DNA from: Octopus vulgaris
Lineage: Eukaryota
DNA: 64,000 nucleotides
Reading direction: 5' to 3'
Assembly: GCA_951406725.2 (NCBI GenBank)
Contig: OX597821.1
Coordinates: 15,314,001 to 15,378,000, forward strand
How positions within the stretch are numbered: the stretch's first letter is position 1; every line of letters begins with the position of its first letter. The position numbers were made by a program, and so were the translations under genes. Below, piece by piece: positions 12,490-26,271 of this stretch. A model generated the notes under the pieces. That model was not told where the DNA came from, searched no databases, and saw nothing but the letters and a program-made list of their open reading frames with translations.

Positions 12490-13827
12490 CATCACGCGTG
12501 TGCACCCTCTTATGCATAGGGATAATCTTATTGTGATGGATATATATCAACGAAAATGCAAGCATCAATGGAGGTTTACTTTCACATTCCTAAATCAACA
12601 TGGAAGTGTAAATTTGATTCACACGGAATGGATATTTTATTGATATATGCTAAGAAACAAAACGAAATTCGAGAAAAATATTTATTTTGTAAACATTTAC
12701 CATTTAAAATATAAATGATTTTTTCTTTTTTTCAGAATTTTCAATGTATTTAATATTCATAAAGTGACGCAGTTTGAAACATAATATCCATCAAAAAGAA
12801 ACAAAATCGCATACACATAATGTTTCATAAAACTGCAATGAAAAGAAATTGTTGTGTTTCTGTTATTGAATTTGTGTATAAAATTAAATTGCAAATTATT
12901 TGGGATGAAGCTGAATATTTTCACCAGAATAGGATAAGAAAATCATGAGATTAAAAAAGTGTTAAACATTTTAGTCGACAATAACTGTGACAAATTAATG
13001 CTTTATCGCAAATGTGTTGCTTTTTTGGGGGTTTTCATTTTGGTTCTCCAACATATGCGGCAGAGCCAGTTTTCTTTGAATTTAAATATACAAGTGACGG
13101 GGCCTACATAGCAGGTTTTCGTAATTAAGCAGCAAATATAGAGAATTTATATATCGATAAGAAACTTAGGATTAATATATGTACAAATGCAAACACACAA
13201 GCACGCGCACAAAGACACACATGCATATAAAGCAAAAATGTTCTCGGAATAAATTTGCATATGACTCGGTGGGAACCAATAAAGGCAACTCTGTGTATAA
13301 TACAAAGGTACACATTAAACATGACGTAGTTTACAGAATTATTTCAAGGGACACGAAAAACAATTACCTCAGTGCAATAAAACTGAGACACTTTGAATGA
13401 GAAAGAATCAGCTAGCGATTTCGTGCTTGGTTATAGAAAAGAAAGTAAGGTTTTTCTTTTGAATGAGATATAACGTATTCGAAACCAGTCATAGAAAAAC
13501 ACAACACACATCAATACACACACGCGTGCACACGAACCCACATATACACACTCACACAGACACACATACAGAGAAATAAAAATTTCATGTTTATGATCAA
13601 TTTCACTGTTCTCATGTTCTTATTAACCGACCCAGACTGACACAGACATAGCAGAGAGAAATCGAGACTATCAATTACTTATAATGTTAACTATTTCAAA
13701 CATCAAAACGACGCAGTTGAATCCGGAGAAAATAATGATGCCATCAGATGGGCAATTAGTAAATACTGGGTATAGTTAGTTTGTTGTGTGGAAAATATGC
13801 ACAGATGCATACATACATACTTTTATA

Positions 13828-13869
<42 letters not shown>

Positions 13870-14134
13870 CATACATACATATATATATATATACATATAT
13901 ATATATATGTATGTCTATATGTATACATATATATGCATATGTACATACATACATATATATATATATGTATATATATATAATATATATATATAATATATAT
14001 ATAAATATTTATATATATATATCCATGTAAATGTATACATATATATGCATATGTACATATATATGTATATGTATATATATATATGTATATATACAATGTA
14101 TATTTATATTTAATATATATATATATTATATATA

Positions 14135-14720
14135 TTAAAATGGAGCAAAATCGCAATAGAGGACAATAAAACATCCGGACGAATAGACGATAGAAAGTTT
14201 GACAAGAGAAACAACAATTGGGACAGGCAAAAAAAAGACGGGTCATTCGTGGCCGTCTTTCCTCAGTCAAGTACCAGAAGTTACGACCGTTTTGAGCAGT
14301 TACATTTGAGACAGTTCAACCTGGTTGTCCCAAAAAAAAGTCGAAGCTAAGAGCATTAGACACCTTTGTAAGAAAGCTAGCGACAAAAACAACAACAAAA
14401 AAGCAGAGAACATCGTGCAAAAAAAAAACGGAAAACATGGTACATAATTAGGGATACAAGTAACACGAAAATATCTTGTGTCTTTCGACTGAGAACGAAT
14501 CCGATTGAGCTGGCGTGTGTGAAGTGAAAGCCTAAAGGCGGGAACATTGGAGATGGGCATAAAAGCTGTTGGCGTTCGGCAGCGAGTTCAAGAAAGAAAG
14601 GTCATGACTGGCTGGATGGACACCGGTCACGTGGAAGAAGGAGATATGGGTAGGAGGCAGCGGGATTGAAAGATTAGAAAAAAGTCAGAGACAAAGAGAA
14701 AAGTACAGGGAAGATAAACG
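14135..14720. repeat. Unclassified TA-embedded interspersed repeat, longer copy
   Basis: Homologous to 4060-4340 over its first ~300 bp. Confidence 0.55.
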
Positions 14721-14784
14721 AATGAAATATGTATGTATGTATGTACGTACATATGTAAATGCGGATAAGTCAAAAATTATACGC

Positions 14785-15090
14785 ACTTCTGTTTCTGTAA
14801 GTGGATTTGGTAGATGGAAACTGAAAGAAGCCCGTCAAATATGTGTATGTGTGACTGTGTGTGTATATGAATATATTTATATGTGTGTGTGTGTCTTTGT
14901 GCCTGTCCTTGTCCCTGCATCACTGCTTGGCTACTGGTGTTTGGGTGATAACCTACCCGAAAAAACACTCGACGGAATAATTACTAGGCTAAAAAATAAG
15001 TTTAAGTCGATTTTTTTGACTAAAACCTTTCAAAGCGGTGCTCCAACATGACCGCAGTCAGATGACTGAAACATGTAAAAAATAAAAGAA
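14785..15090 (+). mobile_element. SINE family A, 5'-truncated
   Basis: gtggatttggtagatggaaactgaaagaagcccgtc...gcggtgctccaacatgaccgcagtcagatgactgaaac. Confidence 0.8.
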
Positions 15091-15126
15091 CAGAATACGT
15101 GTAATTTCATAACTTCAATCATAATA

Positions 15127-15493
15127 TATTTCTTTATTGCCCACAAGGGTTTAAACACAGAGGGGACAAACAAAGGGATTAAGTCGATTACTGGTAACTG
15201 ATGAAAGGCAAAGTCGACCTCGGCGGAATTTGAACTCGGAACATAGCAGCAGACGAAATACCTATTTCTTTACTACTGACAAGGAGCTAAACACAGAGAG
15301 GAAAAACAAGGACAAACAAACGGATTAAGTCGATTATATTGATCCTAGTGCGTAACAGGTCCTTAATTTATCGACCCCGGAAGGATGAAAGACAAAGTCG
15401 ATCTCGGCGGAATTTGAACTCAGAGCGTAACGGCAGACGAAATACGGCTACGCATTTCGCCCGGCATGCTAACGTTTCTGCCAGCTGGCCGCC
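15127..15493 (-). mobile_element. SINE family B, tail type 1, partial tandem dimer
   Basis: Full copy 15264-15493 plus a second 5'-truncated unit 15127-15263. Confidence 0.85.
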
Positions 15494-15659
15494 TTATCAT
15501 AATAATGTGCTTCGTCATCACGCATGCGACCGGCATTAACATCATACTTTACATTTTATTATCTCTCGTGCAATATTGAGGATATCATCATGATAGTGAA
15601 TACTCTCATCATAACCATCATTCTTCCATTACTATAATCGTTCTTGCCTTTACTTTGAT

Positions 15660-15935
15660 ATTGTCACCATCATCATCAACATCATCATCATCACCACCAC
15701 CACCACCATCACCATTATCTTCATTATCACCGTCGTTGTCGTCATCATCATCATCATGATCACCGTAGTCGTCGTCATTATCATCGTCATCATCTTCGTC
15801 GTCACCGTCATCATCATCATCATCGTCGTCGTCACCGTCATCATCATCATCGTCGTCGTCACCGTCATCATCATCATCATCATCATAATCATCGTCATCA
15901 TCACCGTCATCGTCACCACAGTCATCATCACCATC
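15660..15935. repeat. Degenerate (CAT/CGT/CAC)n trinucleotide array
   Basis: Seen directly; gives the poly-D, poly-M and poly-I ORFs. Confidence 0.9.
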
Positions 15936-16528
15936 ATGTTCCTTAACATCAGTCATCGTAATTCTCCTCTTCCTCCTTCTCGTCCTCGTTATCCTCCTCT
16001 ATTCCTCGTCATTACTGTCATCGCTTTCATTATCATCATTGCCATAATTTTCCTCCTCATCCTCCTCCTCCTCCACTTCACCCTCATCGTCATTCATCAT
16101 CGACAATATTATCAATATTTGCCATTACCATTCATCATGAGTATTTGGGTCACAGTCGTTGTCACAATTTCAAGCATATCAATTTTTAAACTCATCATCA
16201 CCATCACCACAACCACCACCACCACCACCACCAAAACCAAGTTACCAACCAACTTCACAAAACTCATTCAGCTATATTTGTCTATTTTCAATTCCTTTAG
16301 TTTGTTTTACGTTTTACACGGAGTCTCACTTAGCCGCTTGCACGTCCTGATGGAAGTGGCAGGTAAGTCTCTCCCGCAAACCACAACTTGCACAACAGTG
16401 ATCTTAACTACAATATCTCAACAACAAAAACGAAGAATGTTCGAGACTAGCATAGTTTATCATTAATGACTAAGAACTTCTAATCTCTCTATGCCGATCA
16501 TTTATTGTACAGATACGACATTCTTTGC

Positions 16529-16913
16529 GTGGAGGCGCAATGGCCCAGTGGTTAGGCCAGCGGACTCGCGATCGTAGGATCGCGGTTTCGATTCCCAGAC
16601 CGGGCGTTGTGAGTGTTTATTGAGCGAAAACACCTAAAGCTCCGAGAGGCTCCGGCAGGGATGGGTGATCCCTACTGTACTCTTTCACCGCAACTTTCTC
16701 TCACTCTTACTTCCTGTTTCTGTTGTACCTGTATTTCAAAAGACCGGCCTTGTCACTCTCTGGGTCACGCTGAATATCCCCGAGAACTACGTTAAGGGTA
16801 CACGTGTCTGTGGAGTGCTCAGCCACTTACACGTTAATTTCACGAGTAGGCTGTTCCGTTGATCGGATCAACCGAAACCCTCGTCGTCGTAACCGACGGA
16901 GTGTTTCCACTCC
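16529..16913 (+). mobile_element. SINE family C, tail 1, full length with 14-bp TSD
   Basis: tRNA head (tggcccagtggttagg A box, ggtttcgattcc B box); TSD acgacattctttgc at 16515-16528 and 16914-16927. Confidence 0.93.
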
Positions 16914-17083
16914 ACGACATTCTTTGCAGCAACGGATTGTTTGGGATTTTCCATTCAGTTTAACAATATTTTACCGTCCTACAGAAGAGAATTCATCTGG
17001 ATAACTGGCAATAAATACCCTCCACGCGTTCATGGTTCTCCCTTCTCCTTCTAAATATTAAACGCATACAATACATACATACA

Positions 17084-17085
<2 letters not shown>

Positions 17086-17171
<86 letters not shown>

Positions 17172-17185
17172 AATCTATCTATCTA
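17086..17185. repeat. (CTAT)n tetranucleotide microsatellite
   Basis: Seen directly. Confidence 0.95.
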
Positions 17186-18056
17186 TTCGTGTGTGTGTGT
17201 GTGTGTACCTATAAGTATGTATGTTTATTTGTAGCGGGTAATACATGGATTATGTGACAATGCGTGAAGAAAAGGAAACAGAAATGAATATATAAGAAAG
17301 AAATGAATTAGAAACCAAGAATTATGTATATGCTGTTATACATTGGCCAGTAATTACAATATTTTTTTCGCCGCTGACAGATAATTGAATAGAGTGTTAA
17401 TTGTCAGTTCTTGAAACTAATTATGCCAATATTTTGCACTATATGACATCTGAACTATAGCAAGTTGTATTTTTATCTTCACCTTAAGCTAATCAACAAT
17501 GTTATCACGCTTAACATTCGATTGTTACACTTTCTAATAGCTTGGACCAAGAGTAAAACGAAATTCTAAAAAACTGTAACGAGAGGAATGATTCTAAGAA
17601 ACAAATAAACACAGTAATATTTAGTGGAAACGTAAACAGGTATATACAAATAATAGAATAAAATAAGAAAGCATTATAATTCTGTCTTTTGTGATTATAG
17701 TAATCAGTTTAAGGAAACTCACATAGGCGAAAAAAATATTATGCAGAACGATAACGAGATTCTACCTGCTTCATTGACGTGTGAGAATAGAAAAGGTAAG
17801 AGAGGGCTGTTACAATTGCTACTGCTGCTACTATTACTACTACTACTGCTGCTGCTGCAGCTGCAGCCTTGCTGCATTTATTTCTCCCTCATTTTCTTTA
17901 TAAGTTAAGGTTGAGAAATACATGAAGAATTTCCTTGTTTTTAACAAGACCTACGTTTCGTGAATACATTTGCCAAATTGAACATTTGTTGAACCAGATG
18001 TTAGCTTTCAGAACATTAATGAAAGCTTCAAAAGATATATTGTCTCTTTCAATTAC

Positions 18057-18182
18057 CAGAGGGGAACTCAGACCACTGGCAACTAATTGTAATACATCGT
18101 CAAAAATCGCAAACGTGTGAGCAGCATTTTGTGTCAGCGACCTTTGATCAATGGCTGAAAGCCCGTGACCTCTAGGATGTTT
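18057..18182 (-). CDS. Candidate internal exon of an unidentified gene (KHPRGHGLSAIDQRSLTQNAAHTFAIFDDVLQLVASGLSSPL)
   Basis: tttatatttgcttcag acceptor, 126 nt open only in phase 0, gtaatt donor; no recognised homology. Confidence 0.3.
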
Positions 18183-18299
18183 CTGAAGCAAATATAAAAT
18201 CAACCTCACAGTTCTCAAAATCATTCTCTTACTGCCTCCGCCTCCACATCATCATCATTATCAATATCATCATCATCATTGTTGTTATTACTGTATTAG

Positions 18300-18712
18300 C
18301 AGACCAAGTGTATCGGTAAAATGCCTTGTGGTAATTGTTCCGTCTTTTTTAGTTATGAGTTCAAATCCTGTATAAGTCAAATTTGTCAGCCGATCAAATA
18401 GTGTTGGAGATGTAAATGACTTTCCTCACCCCGTAAAATCGTTGGCCTTTTTCCAAAATTTGCGAAGTAATTATTACTTTCGCTATTGTGAACTGAGGTT
18501 AAGGTTGCGAGCCAGCAGAATTGTTAGTGCGCCAAACAAAATGCTTAGTGGCATCTCGTCTGCCTTTACGCTCTAAGTGGAAAATTCATCTGCGGTCGAC
18601 TTTGATTTTCATCTTTTCGATGTCGATCAAATACGTAGAATAGATACCAGTTCAGTACTTGAGAAGCCCCCTTTCCGAAAAACCCAGGTCGTGTGCCTAT
18701 TACACAAAGAAT
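18300..18712 (+). mobile_element. Two degraded SINE family B copies
   Basis: gagttcaaatcc near 18357; gcgagccagcagaattgttag...ggtcgactttgattttcatcttttcg near 18508-18620. Confidence 0.6.
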
Positions 18713-19530
18713 TATTTTGAACTGAGAGTGAGATCTTGAAAGGGTTTTGATACTTAAACGTCCTTGACACCGTTAATACCCTTAGAATGCAAGTGAATGC
18801 CAATATTTCCTATATCACAAGCCATAAAGGTCATTCGAATCTGGATAATAAAATCAATATTGGAAACACAATTTCTGATTGAATATATACAGTTTTTCAA
18901 TTTAATAACCTCCATAATTTTCCCATATATCTTAATTAGGATCAATTGTTACAAAAAGTCTAATAAAAAATTCTATAAAAGATAATAAATTCTAATAGAG
19001 TTAATCATTCTGCGACATTTATGAGTGTTCTTTCTACTAAATAAATGACTGCATACCTTGTTAGAATAAAAAGTTCATATTTTATGCTAAAAATCTCAAT
19101 AATCCATTTCAGCGATTGCATTTAAAACAATTAGCTAGAAAATCATTAAGGTAATTTTGAATGTATAAAAATGGATATAGTGTAATCTTATTTCTGATGA
19201 GGTCTTTTTGTTAACTTCGGGAAATTATCTTATTGCCATTAAAATACAATGTAATTAAAATATGTACCTATGTTTAAGCAATTAAGTAAATACATACACC
19301 TACACATACACGCACACATATGTATATATCCATGCGTGTGTGGGTGTGTGTGTGTGTGTGTGTGTGTGGACGTGTAGTGCATTACAGGATAAGTGTAGAC
19401 CCTAAGGCTTTAAGCATATGAGACTAATCATAACCGAGAAATCATCGCAAGTCGATCTCTATAGTACTTGATCTGTATTCATAACGCTAATGTTGAAACT
19501 ACGACAGGTCAGTCGGAGTTCTTGTGGTAC

Positions 19531-19626
19531 CTCTTGATACATTCGCTCAGTAAATGAAGTCCAATGACTTCTTCATTTGCTTTAGCTGTTATAATTTTTT
19601 TGCGATGCGGCATGTTTTCAAACCCT
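19531..19626 (-). CDS. Candidate internal exon (GFENMPHRKKIITAKANEEVIGLHLLSECIK)
   Basis: gttttcttttcag acceptor, 96 nt, one open frame (phase 2-2), weak gtacca donor. Confidence 0.22.
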
Positions 19627-22600
19627 CTGAAAAGAAAACACGACGGCTGTTTACCAATTTACCCGACGGCGATTCTACCATGCAATAGAGTACTGAGTTA
19701 CCTATATGAATATACCATAAAACTGCTTAGATATTTCACCCGTAGTTCGTAGTATCATCTTATTGTGTAGCTGTTTTCAACAGCTACATATAAGAATAAT
19801 GTCATTACATTATGCATTGACAAAAAGTAGGCATCATTGTTAAGTGCAACCGGCTGCGTCACCGTCTCTCTGCTATCGAATAATCCTCTCAACCTTTTAA
19901 AACCTCAAATCGAGTGTTAAGGAAGCTTTGAGTAGCAAGCCTTGTAAGGGCTCTACACACACCTTTTTGTTCACATCAAACAATTTCCTTTGAATTGCAA
20001 TTGATTAACAACCCATCCTTTATAGCCGAATAAAGTATCATGAAGATTGGCGAAGATTTGATTTGAACTACATGTACAAAGATTAGCGATGAACATGCGA
20101 AAATCATTTTTATGATAAAGGCAACATCCGATTACGACAGATTTATTTTGACTAAAGATTCCTATTTATAGAAATTGTTGCTTCTCACGTGCTGTAACAT
20201 CATGTTGAAGAAATATGTTAAGGATCAGAGAAGAACTTATTTCATAAAGGTATTCATTTTTGGATAGCAAAATTCGTTCATGAACACAAGCAGTTGCTTT
20301 AATCACAGGAATATGGAAGCTGAATATCAGGAGTCTTGAACATCGAAATATTTTTGTTGCTCAACAACAGGCAATATTCAAAGTTGATATCGTTATATTT
20401 GCTGACACTAATTAAGTAAAGTCAAGTAAGAAAACAAAATGGTGTCTTCGATACATTTTCTTCGGGAAGAAAATTACAAAAAGATAGATGTACCCACGGA
20501 GAAGGAGTCACTGTAAAACTCTTGAGGTCTGTCGTTGTCAACGAAAGGAACATATCATTATGAATAACTTAAAGGAATTAGTTACCTGTCTGTATTCAGT
20601 GTATTCAGTTCATCTACACCAACGATCAAGCTTCTTCACCCCCATTTTGCATGTTTTCTTACCAAGTTGTAACTTTTTCCACGTGAATATCAATCCCTAA
20701 CTGGGTACAATAAAGACACAATGTGCGATTAATCTGCCCATCATTTTCAAACACATACATCTATAAACTTGATCAGTGAGTTTCAATATACCGAGAGGAG
20801 AGCAATTGTGGCCCATCTTTAACTTAATCCAATCTAGAAAATAAGACCATTGGAATTTTTCTATTTCTTTTTGCGCTGATATCATTTTGGTGTTATTGTC
20901 AACATATCAAATACAAACGATTTTATCTGGCTTTTCGTATCTAACGAGTACTACAAATGTACAAAACTGTGCAGACTGGAAACAAGACTGCAGGTATGTT
21001 TCCGCTGATGGCAATCGCATTTTACATTTTCCGTCAGCATACTGCTAAGAACAAACAAAAAAAAAAATAATAAAAAAACATAAGTGTTCCAGAACATTTT
21101 CTGGACATTCTTTGTAGGTTAGATGACGATTCTTTGACCAATAATTTATCTCAAACTTCGGAAGATACAATCAAGATAAATGGAAACTTCAGCAACATCG
21201 ATAAACAAACATAGAGACATGTCTGATGACGGAGTGAGAAGGGCGGTAGAAAGAGTGATAGAGGAGGAGAGAAAGAGAGAGGGAGAAGGAGAGAGAGAGA
21301 CAGAAAGCTAGATGTATGTCTATACATATGTATATGCATGAAGCCAAATATTATTCACAAAATAGAAAACTAGAGAAAAGCATAAGATTCATCTCTTACA
21401 GAATATTGTTAATGCAAGTAATTGTTGCACATCATATACACTGGAAGACTACATCCTACTTACACCTGGACAAAGACAGCGGTAAGAGAAAATATAATTT
21501 AATCATGTTTGAGACAATTTAATCATGATGTCGTTTACGCTTCACGTGTTAGATAATCAAGATTGACTTTCAATCTACTTTCAATCTAATTGTTTTCTTT
21601 CATTAATTTCCACGTACGTCGGACAGACTATTGTACCTCCTGACAGAATACAAAACATATTAATCTCAAGATACCAAAGTATTATCCACATGGTCCGTGC
21701 ACATTTATATATTATATAAGAACTGGTTTTGAATAGCTGTGTATCCTGAAAATAGCGATAGAAATGAAATTGAGAGGTAGTCATGTTTATGGGAAAAAAA
21801 AGAAAGAAAAGAAATACCACAATCAGGTACAAAAACGATGCCAGAGTAGTTACCGTGTCTTTCTGCTATATTCTATTCCATCCAGATTAGTTATTAACCA
21901 AATGCTGAATTATATAATAGAGAGGATTTTAATGACATCGCTAATGTAGAATCTTATTAATTAAGCCACATACTAGAAAGAACCCTATCTAATTTCCAGT
22001 AATGCAGAAAAATCGTTATTTAGTTAATATTTTCAGAGTAGCTAATATACAGACGTGCACAGAATACCTTATCATAATTAGGTGCATTGTGATATTGATG
22101 CGTTTCGAACACGAGTGCATATTCTTCGATTTTTATCTTCATATATGACAACTGACATTTGAGATTCAGGCAGTCGCCATTTGTTCAGTAGGTAACATCA
22201 TAAAACCATTTCTAAATGTCAACATCAAACGATGTGTGAACATTTGGTGGCGGCTGCTATAGGATTTTTATAGCATTCTTTGAACTGTATGGAATTTGTT
22301 GCGTCATTTCTATATTCTGTATTAAATTCGTAGTCAGCCATGTAGATACAAGTGTTAATGGAGGGTAAAACTTACTTGAGAGATCCATGATTCCTTGTCA
22401 TTTGATAAACAGATATTAATAGCCATGAACGTCTAGAGTATCGAAGGAGCAGGATAGAGCAGCATATCAGTGAGTAATTGTTATTGATGTTAGGTCGAGT
22501 TGGCTGACATATCTGTCACCTTCATACGCCTATCTACTGCTAAATGAAGGCTTTCTAGGTAACTTAACGATATTAAAGCTATGGATGTAACACAAGCGCA

Positions 22601-22659
22601 TCTATCTAGAGAATCGTTCTTTGCGGTTGTAATAACAATAATGCTAGTAGTAGTAGTCC

Positions 22660-22850
22660 TTTGTACTAAATACTCAAGGCCTGCAAATTTTTTTGAGTGT
22701 GTGTGGAGGAATCTAATCGGTTATATCGGCCCCAGTACATATTGGTATTTATTTCATCGATCCCGAAAGGCTGAAAGGCAAAGTCGACACCGGTGGAACT
22801 TGTCTAAAGAAACAGGGCGAAGCATTTTCTTGACGCTCTAACGATTCTTC
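22660..22850 (-). mobile_element. Degraded SINE family B
   Basis: atcgatcccgaaaggctgaaaggcaaagtcgacac. Confidence 0.65.
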
Positions 22851-23054
22851 CATTCTCCCAAATTTTAGTAATAATATTTTTGCATTAAACACACTAGATT
22901 TGAGATTTGATGAAAAGAAATATGTTGTCCTCCGTACTTCATTTTATAGATCCATTCGGGGTGCATAGTAATACACAATCAGTTTCGTAAAGCCTTTGAA
23001 TAGTTACCTATAACTTTTGACATAATAAATTCCCGGTAGTATTAAGCTCTGTAA

Positions 23055-23287
23055 GGCGGCGAGCTGGTAGAGTCGTTAGCACGCCGGGCGAAATGCTTAG
23101 CGTATTTCGTCTGCCGCAACGTTCTGAGTTGAAATTCCGCCGAGGTCGGCTTTGCCTTTCATCTTTTCGGGGTCGATAAATTAAGTACCAGCTACGCACT
23201 GGGGTCGATGTAATCGACTTAATCTCTTTGTCTGTCCTTGTTTGTCCCCTCTATGTTTAACAACTTGTGGGCAATAAAGAAATAAGA
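23055..23287 (+). mobile_element. SINE family B, tail type 1, full length with 14-bp TSD
   Basis: TSD attaagctctgtaa (23041-23054) / attaagctccgtaa (23288-23301). Confidence 0.93.
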
Positions 23288-25002
23288 ATTAAGCTCCGTA
23301 AACTGTTTGAATATTTTCTCACATCATTTGTTAACATTCAATGATTTATGCAGGTTTTTCTTTTCCTAAATCTAAAATGCGTTCAGTCTTACTTGAAACC
23401 AAAAATGAATCACTTTATGTATTTTCGATAATACTTGAGAGATGACGATGAACTACCTCATCAGCATTGAAGAGGCATTTTGACTGTATTTCATAAAACA
23501 AATATTAGTTTCTTATTTTATTGAAACACTTTATTACTGTGGTTAATTCTTGATTGTTGGTGGCGAAGTTCTCTATGAAGTGTTATTCTAACTTGAAATT
23601 TAGTATGACATAAAAGCCATTCATTAAGTACACCAATTTCCTTTGAACAAAATGCAGACATCAGATTTCCTAGTTTGCATTTAATAACAGTATTACTTCA
23701 ATCTTAACTTAGTAAACCTTATTGGACAGCTTTCTTCAGTTAGCTTCTTTTTCTTAGAAGCTGTTCCCTGAAGAATTTTATTGAAGAATAAGACGATAAA
23801 AATATTTCAGATATTATATTGGATAATATAAAATTAGTTCATTAATCCTTTCTCAAATACTAATAATAGCACTTAATCAAAGAGCTGATGCCACTGGCAG
23901 AGAATCCGCCATTCATTCAGTTTCCCAGCGATATCCGTAATGAGAATTTAGACTAAGGTGGGTGTCATTAACTATGAATTCCTGTGCTATTAAAAACCTG
24001 CTATAAAAAACTGAAAGAGGCAAATTGGAATTCTTGCATCCATTGTGGAGTCCTATTTCCATTCGCATTTTGTCTTTTTCCTGATTAACCGCAATTATTC
24101 AAAAGTAATTTACTCAGAATAAATCACACTCTATAGAAGATGCTTCGAAGGACATATACTGTAATAATTCTTTACTCATATGGAAACATGAAATGATTAA
24201 ATCCGAGGAAATTTCCGCAGGAAATTAGATAAATTTTTTGTGCATCACATGTATCATGCATTTGCCTGGAAAAATAGTGGAAAATATATTTAAAATGCAA
24301 ATAAACAATTTGTTATTTAACGCAGACGAAATGGAATCAAGTATTAAATAGATACTTTTTATAGGTTATAGGTTCGAAAATAGCTCGTTATTAGCTCTAT
24401 TTGTGGAAGAGACGAAATGGATTTTTGTAATACTTTGTTCTACGGCAGTTAATATAAAGAAAACATCGTAGCTACAATCGTGAATTGCATAGAAGTCAGT
24501 CGTTACAATACATATTATTTTAAACATTAAGCGCAGATTTATTGCTAGACTCAAAGTAAGAACTAGTTCGTGTCTCTGCCGTTCGACAAAGAGGCTTCGG
24601 CTATATGGTCAGCTGAATAACTTGCTACTGGAATAACGAGCGATTTATCATTCTCCAGACAGGAGTACCGTTAACGTAATTTTCAGGTATGATCCGTGTA
24701 ACACATCTTTTAATTAGTAGTTTCAATCCGTCCGGGGAGTTTCTATACTCTTCTGTCTCCCCAACTTTATTTACAAGCTTAATACTGCTGACAATGTATG
24801 GGCAACATCAAATGACGTTTAACATATACAGAGCGATCCTGGGGCCTAGTGATTGTGATGCAGAGTTCTTAACTCTTCGACCATATTGTGCTGTTCTCGA
24901 ATATATATGTACAGTAAATAGAAAAAATACCTATAGACACCTTCTCCAAGGAGAACTCATAGCTATGCTGGCATTAACATATTAGAATTGAATGAGGTCA
25001 AA

Positions 25003-25450
25003 GGCGGCGAGCTGGCAGAAACGTTAGCCCTCCGGGCGAAATGCTTAGCGGTATTTCGTCTGCCATTACGTTCTGAGTTCCAATTCCGCCCAGGTCGACT
25101 TTACCTTTCATCATTTCGGGGTCGATAAATTAAGTACCAATTACGCACTGGAGCCTGTGTAATCGACTTAATCCTTTTGTCTGTCCTTGTTTGTCCCCTC
25201 TATGTTTAGCTCCTTGTGGGCAATAAAGAAATGAGAAACATTAGCCCACCGGGCGAAATGCTTAGCAGTATTTCGTCTGCCGTTACATTCTGAGTTCAAA
25301 TTCCGCCGAGGTCGAATTTGCCTTTCATTCTTTCGGGGTCGATAAATTGAGTACCAATCACGCACTGGGCTCGATGTAATCGATTTAATCAGTTTCTCTG
25401 TCCTTAGTTGTCCCCTCTATGTTTAACCTCTTGTGAGCAATAAAGAAATA
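25003..25450 (+). mobile_element. SINE family B tandem dimer inside one 17-bp TSD
   Basis: TSD agaattgaatgaggtca at 24984-25000 and 25451-25467; second unit starts near 25235. Confidence 0.93.
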
Positions 25451-26271
25451 AGAATTGAATGAGGTCATGCAATGACTATCAACGTGATTTTAGGTGAGTA
25501 CACCGAGAATTACAAAAAACAAAGAGAAAATTATCCTGAGTCAACACCTTATTCTAATTGATCTAATCTAATTTAATTTGAATTTCTATTTGTCTTCTGT
25601 TACTCTTCACTAAAATTGATCTTTGAGCTAATAAAAAAAATGTAATCTTAATAAATAAATTTATATTGGCTCTCACTATATTAAATATGTTAGCATCAAT
25701 TTCACTAAGTACTCACTATTCTAAATTTTATGTTGATTTACGTACATGAAAAGTGTCTAGAATTTCATTTAAGGTAAATTCATGCGTTTGATATTTTTGA
25801 AGGAATATGTAGCTCAAGCTTCCATATTGGTAGGCAATGAATGTTATGTTCTTAAGCAGAGTTGTTATTCATGACAATATATTCTTTAACGTTCCGTTTA
25901 TAGCTTTCAGATTAAACTGTTATTAGCACCCTTAACTTAATCTCTCTCATATATTTTAGAGAAAATAAATGCTCAGTTGCCTAAGTTGCCCTTAATTACA
26001 AGAAATATCATTAACGAAAATGTTTTCCATTTTTGTTTCTTTTTTTTTTCAATTATGAGTGTATTTTCCAGTGATTTGAAAAGCTGGATCTCTAAATCAC
26101 AAAGGATAGTTCCTAAAAAAGGAAAGAATAAAATAAAAATCCTCATGTCATAATGTTGAACTTTGGGATCTCTTCTTCACATTTCATACATATCCAATAA
26201 AATTTCTTTATATTTCATGATGGTTATCAACGGCATTTCTAAATAAATTTCTTGAAATATATAGAATCTTT

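Noticed and set aside
15618-16466. Poly-Asp ORF and a 236-aa hydrophobic ORF
   Set aside because: Products of a (CAT/CGT)n array and adjacent trinucleotide runs; no domain or splice support.
16529-16610. tRNA gene (also 28484 and the heads of SINE A and B)
   Set aside because: tRNA-like heads continue into SINE bodies, some with TSDs; no proper acceptor stem or terminator.
18780-18840. Minus-strand exon candidate IRMTFMACDIGNIGIHLHSK
   Set aside because: Weak donor and phases incompatible with neighbouring candidates.
23417-23467. Minus-strand CTGATGA...GAAA hammerhead-like match
   Set aside because: Stem II is plausible, but stem III has room for only one nucleotide and stem I is 3 bp; could be chance.
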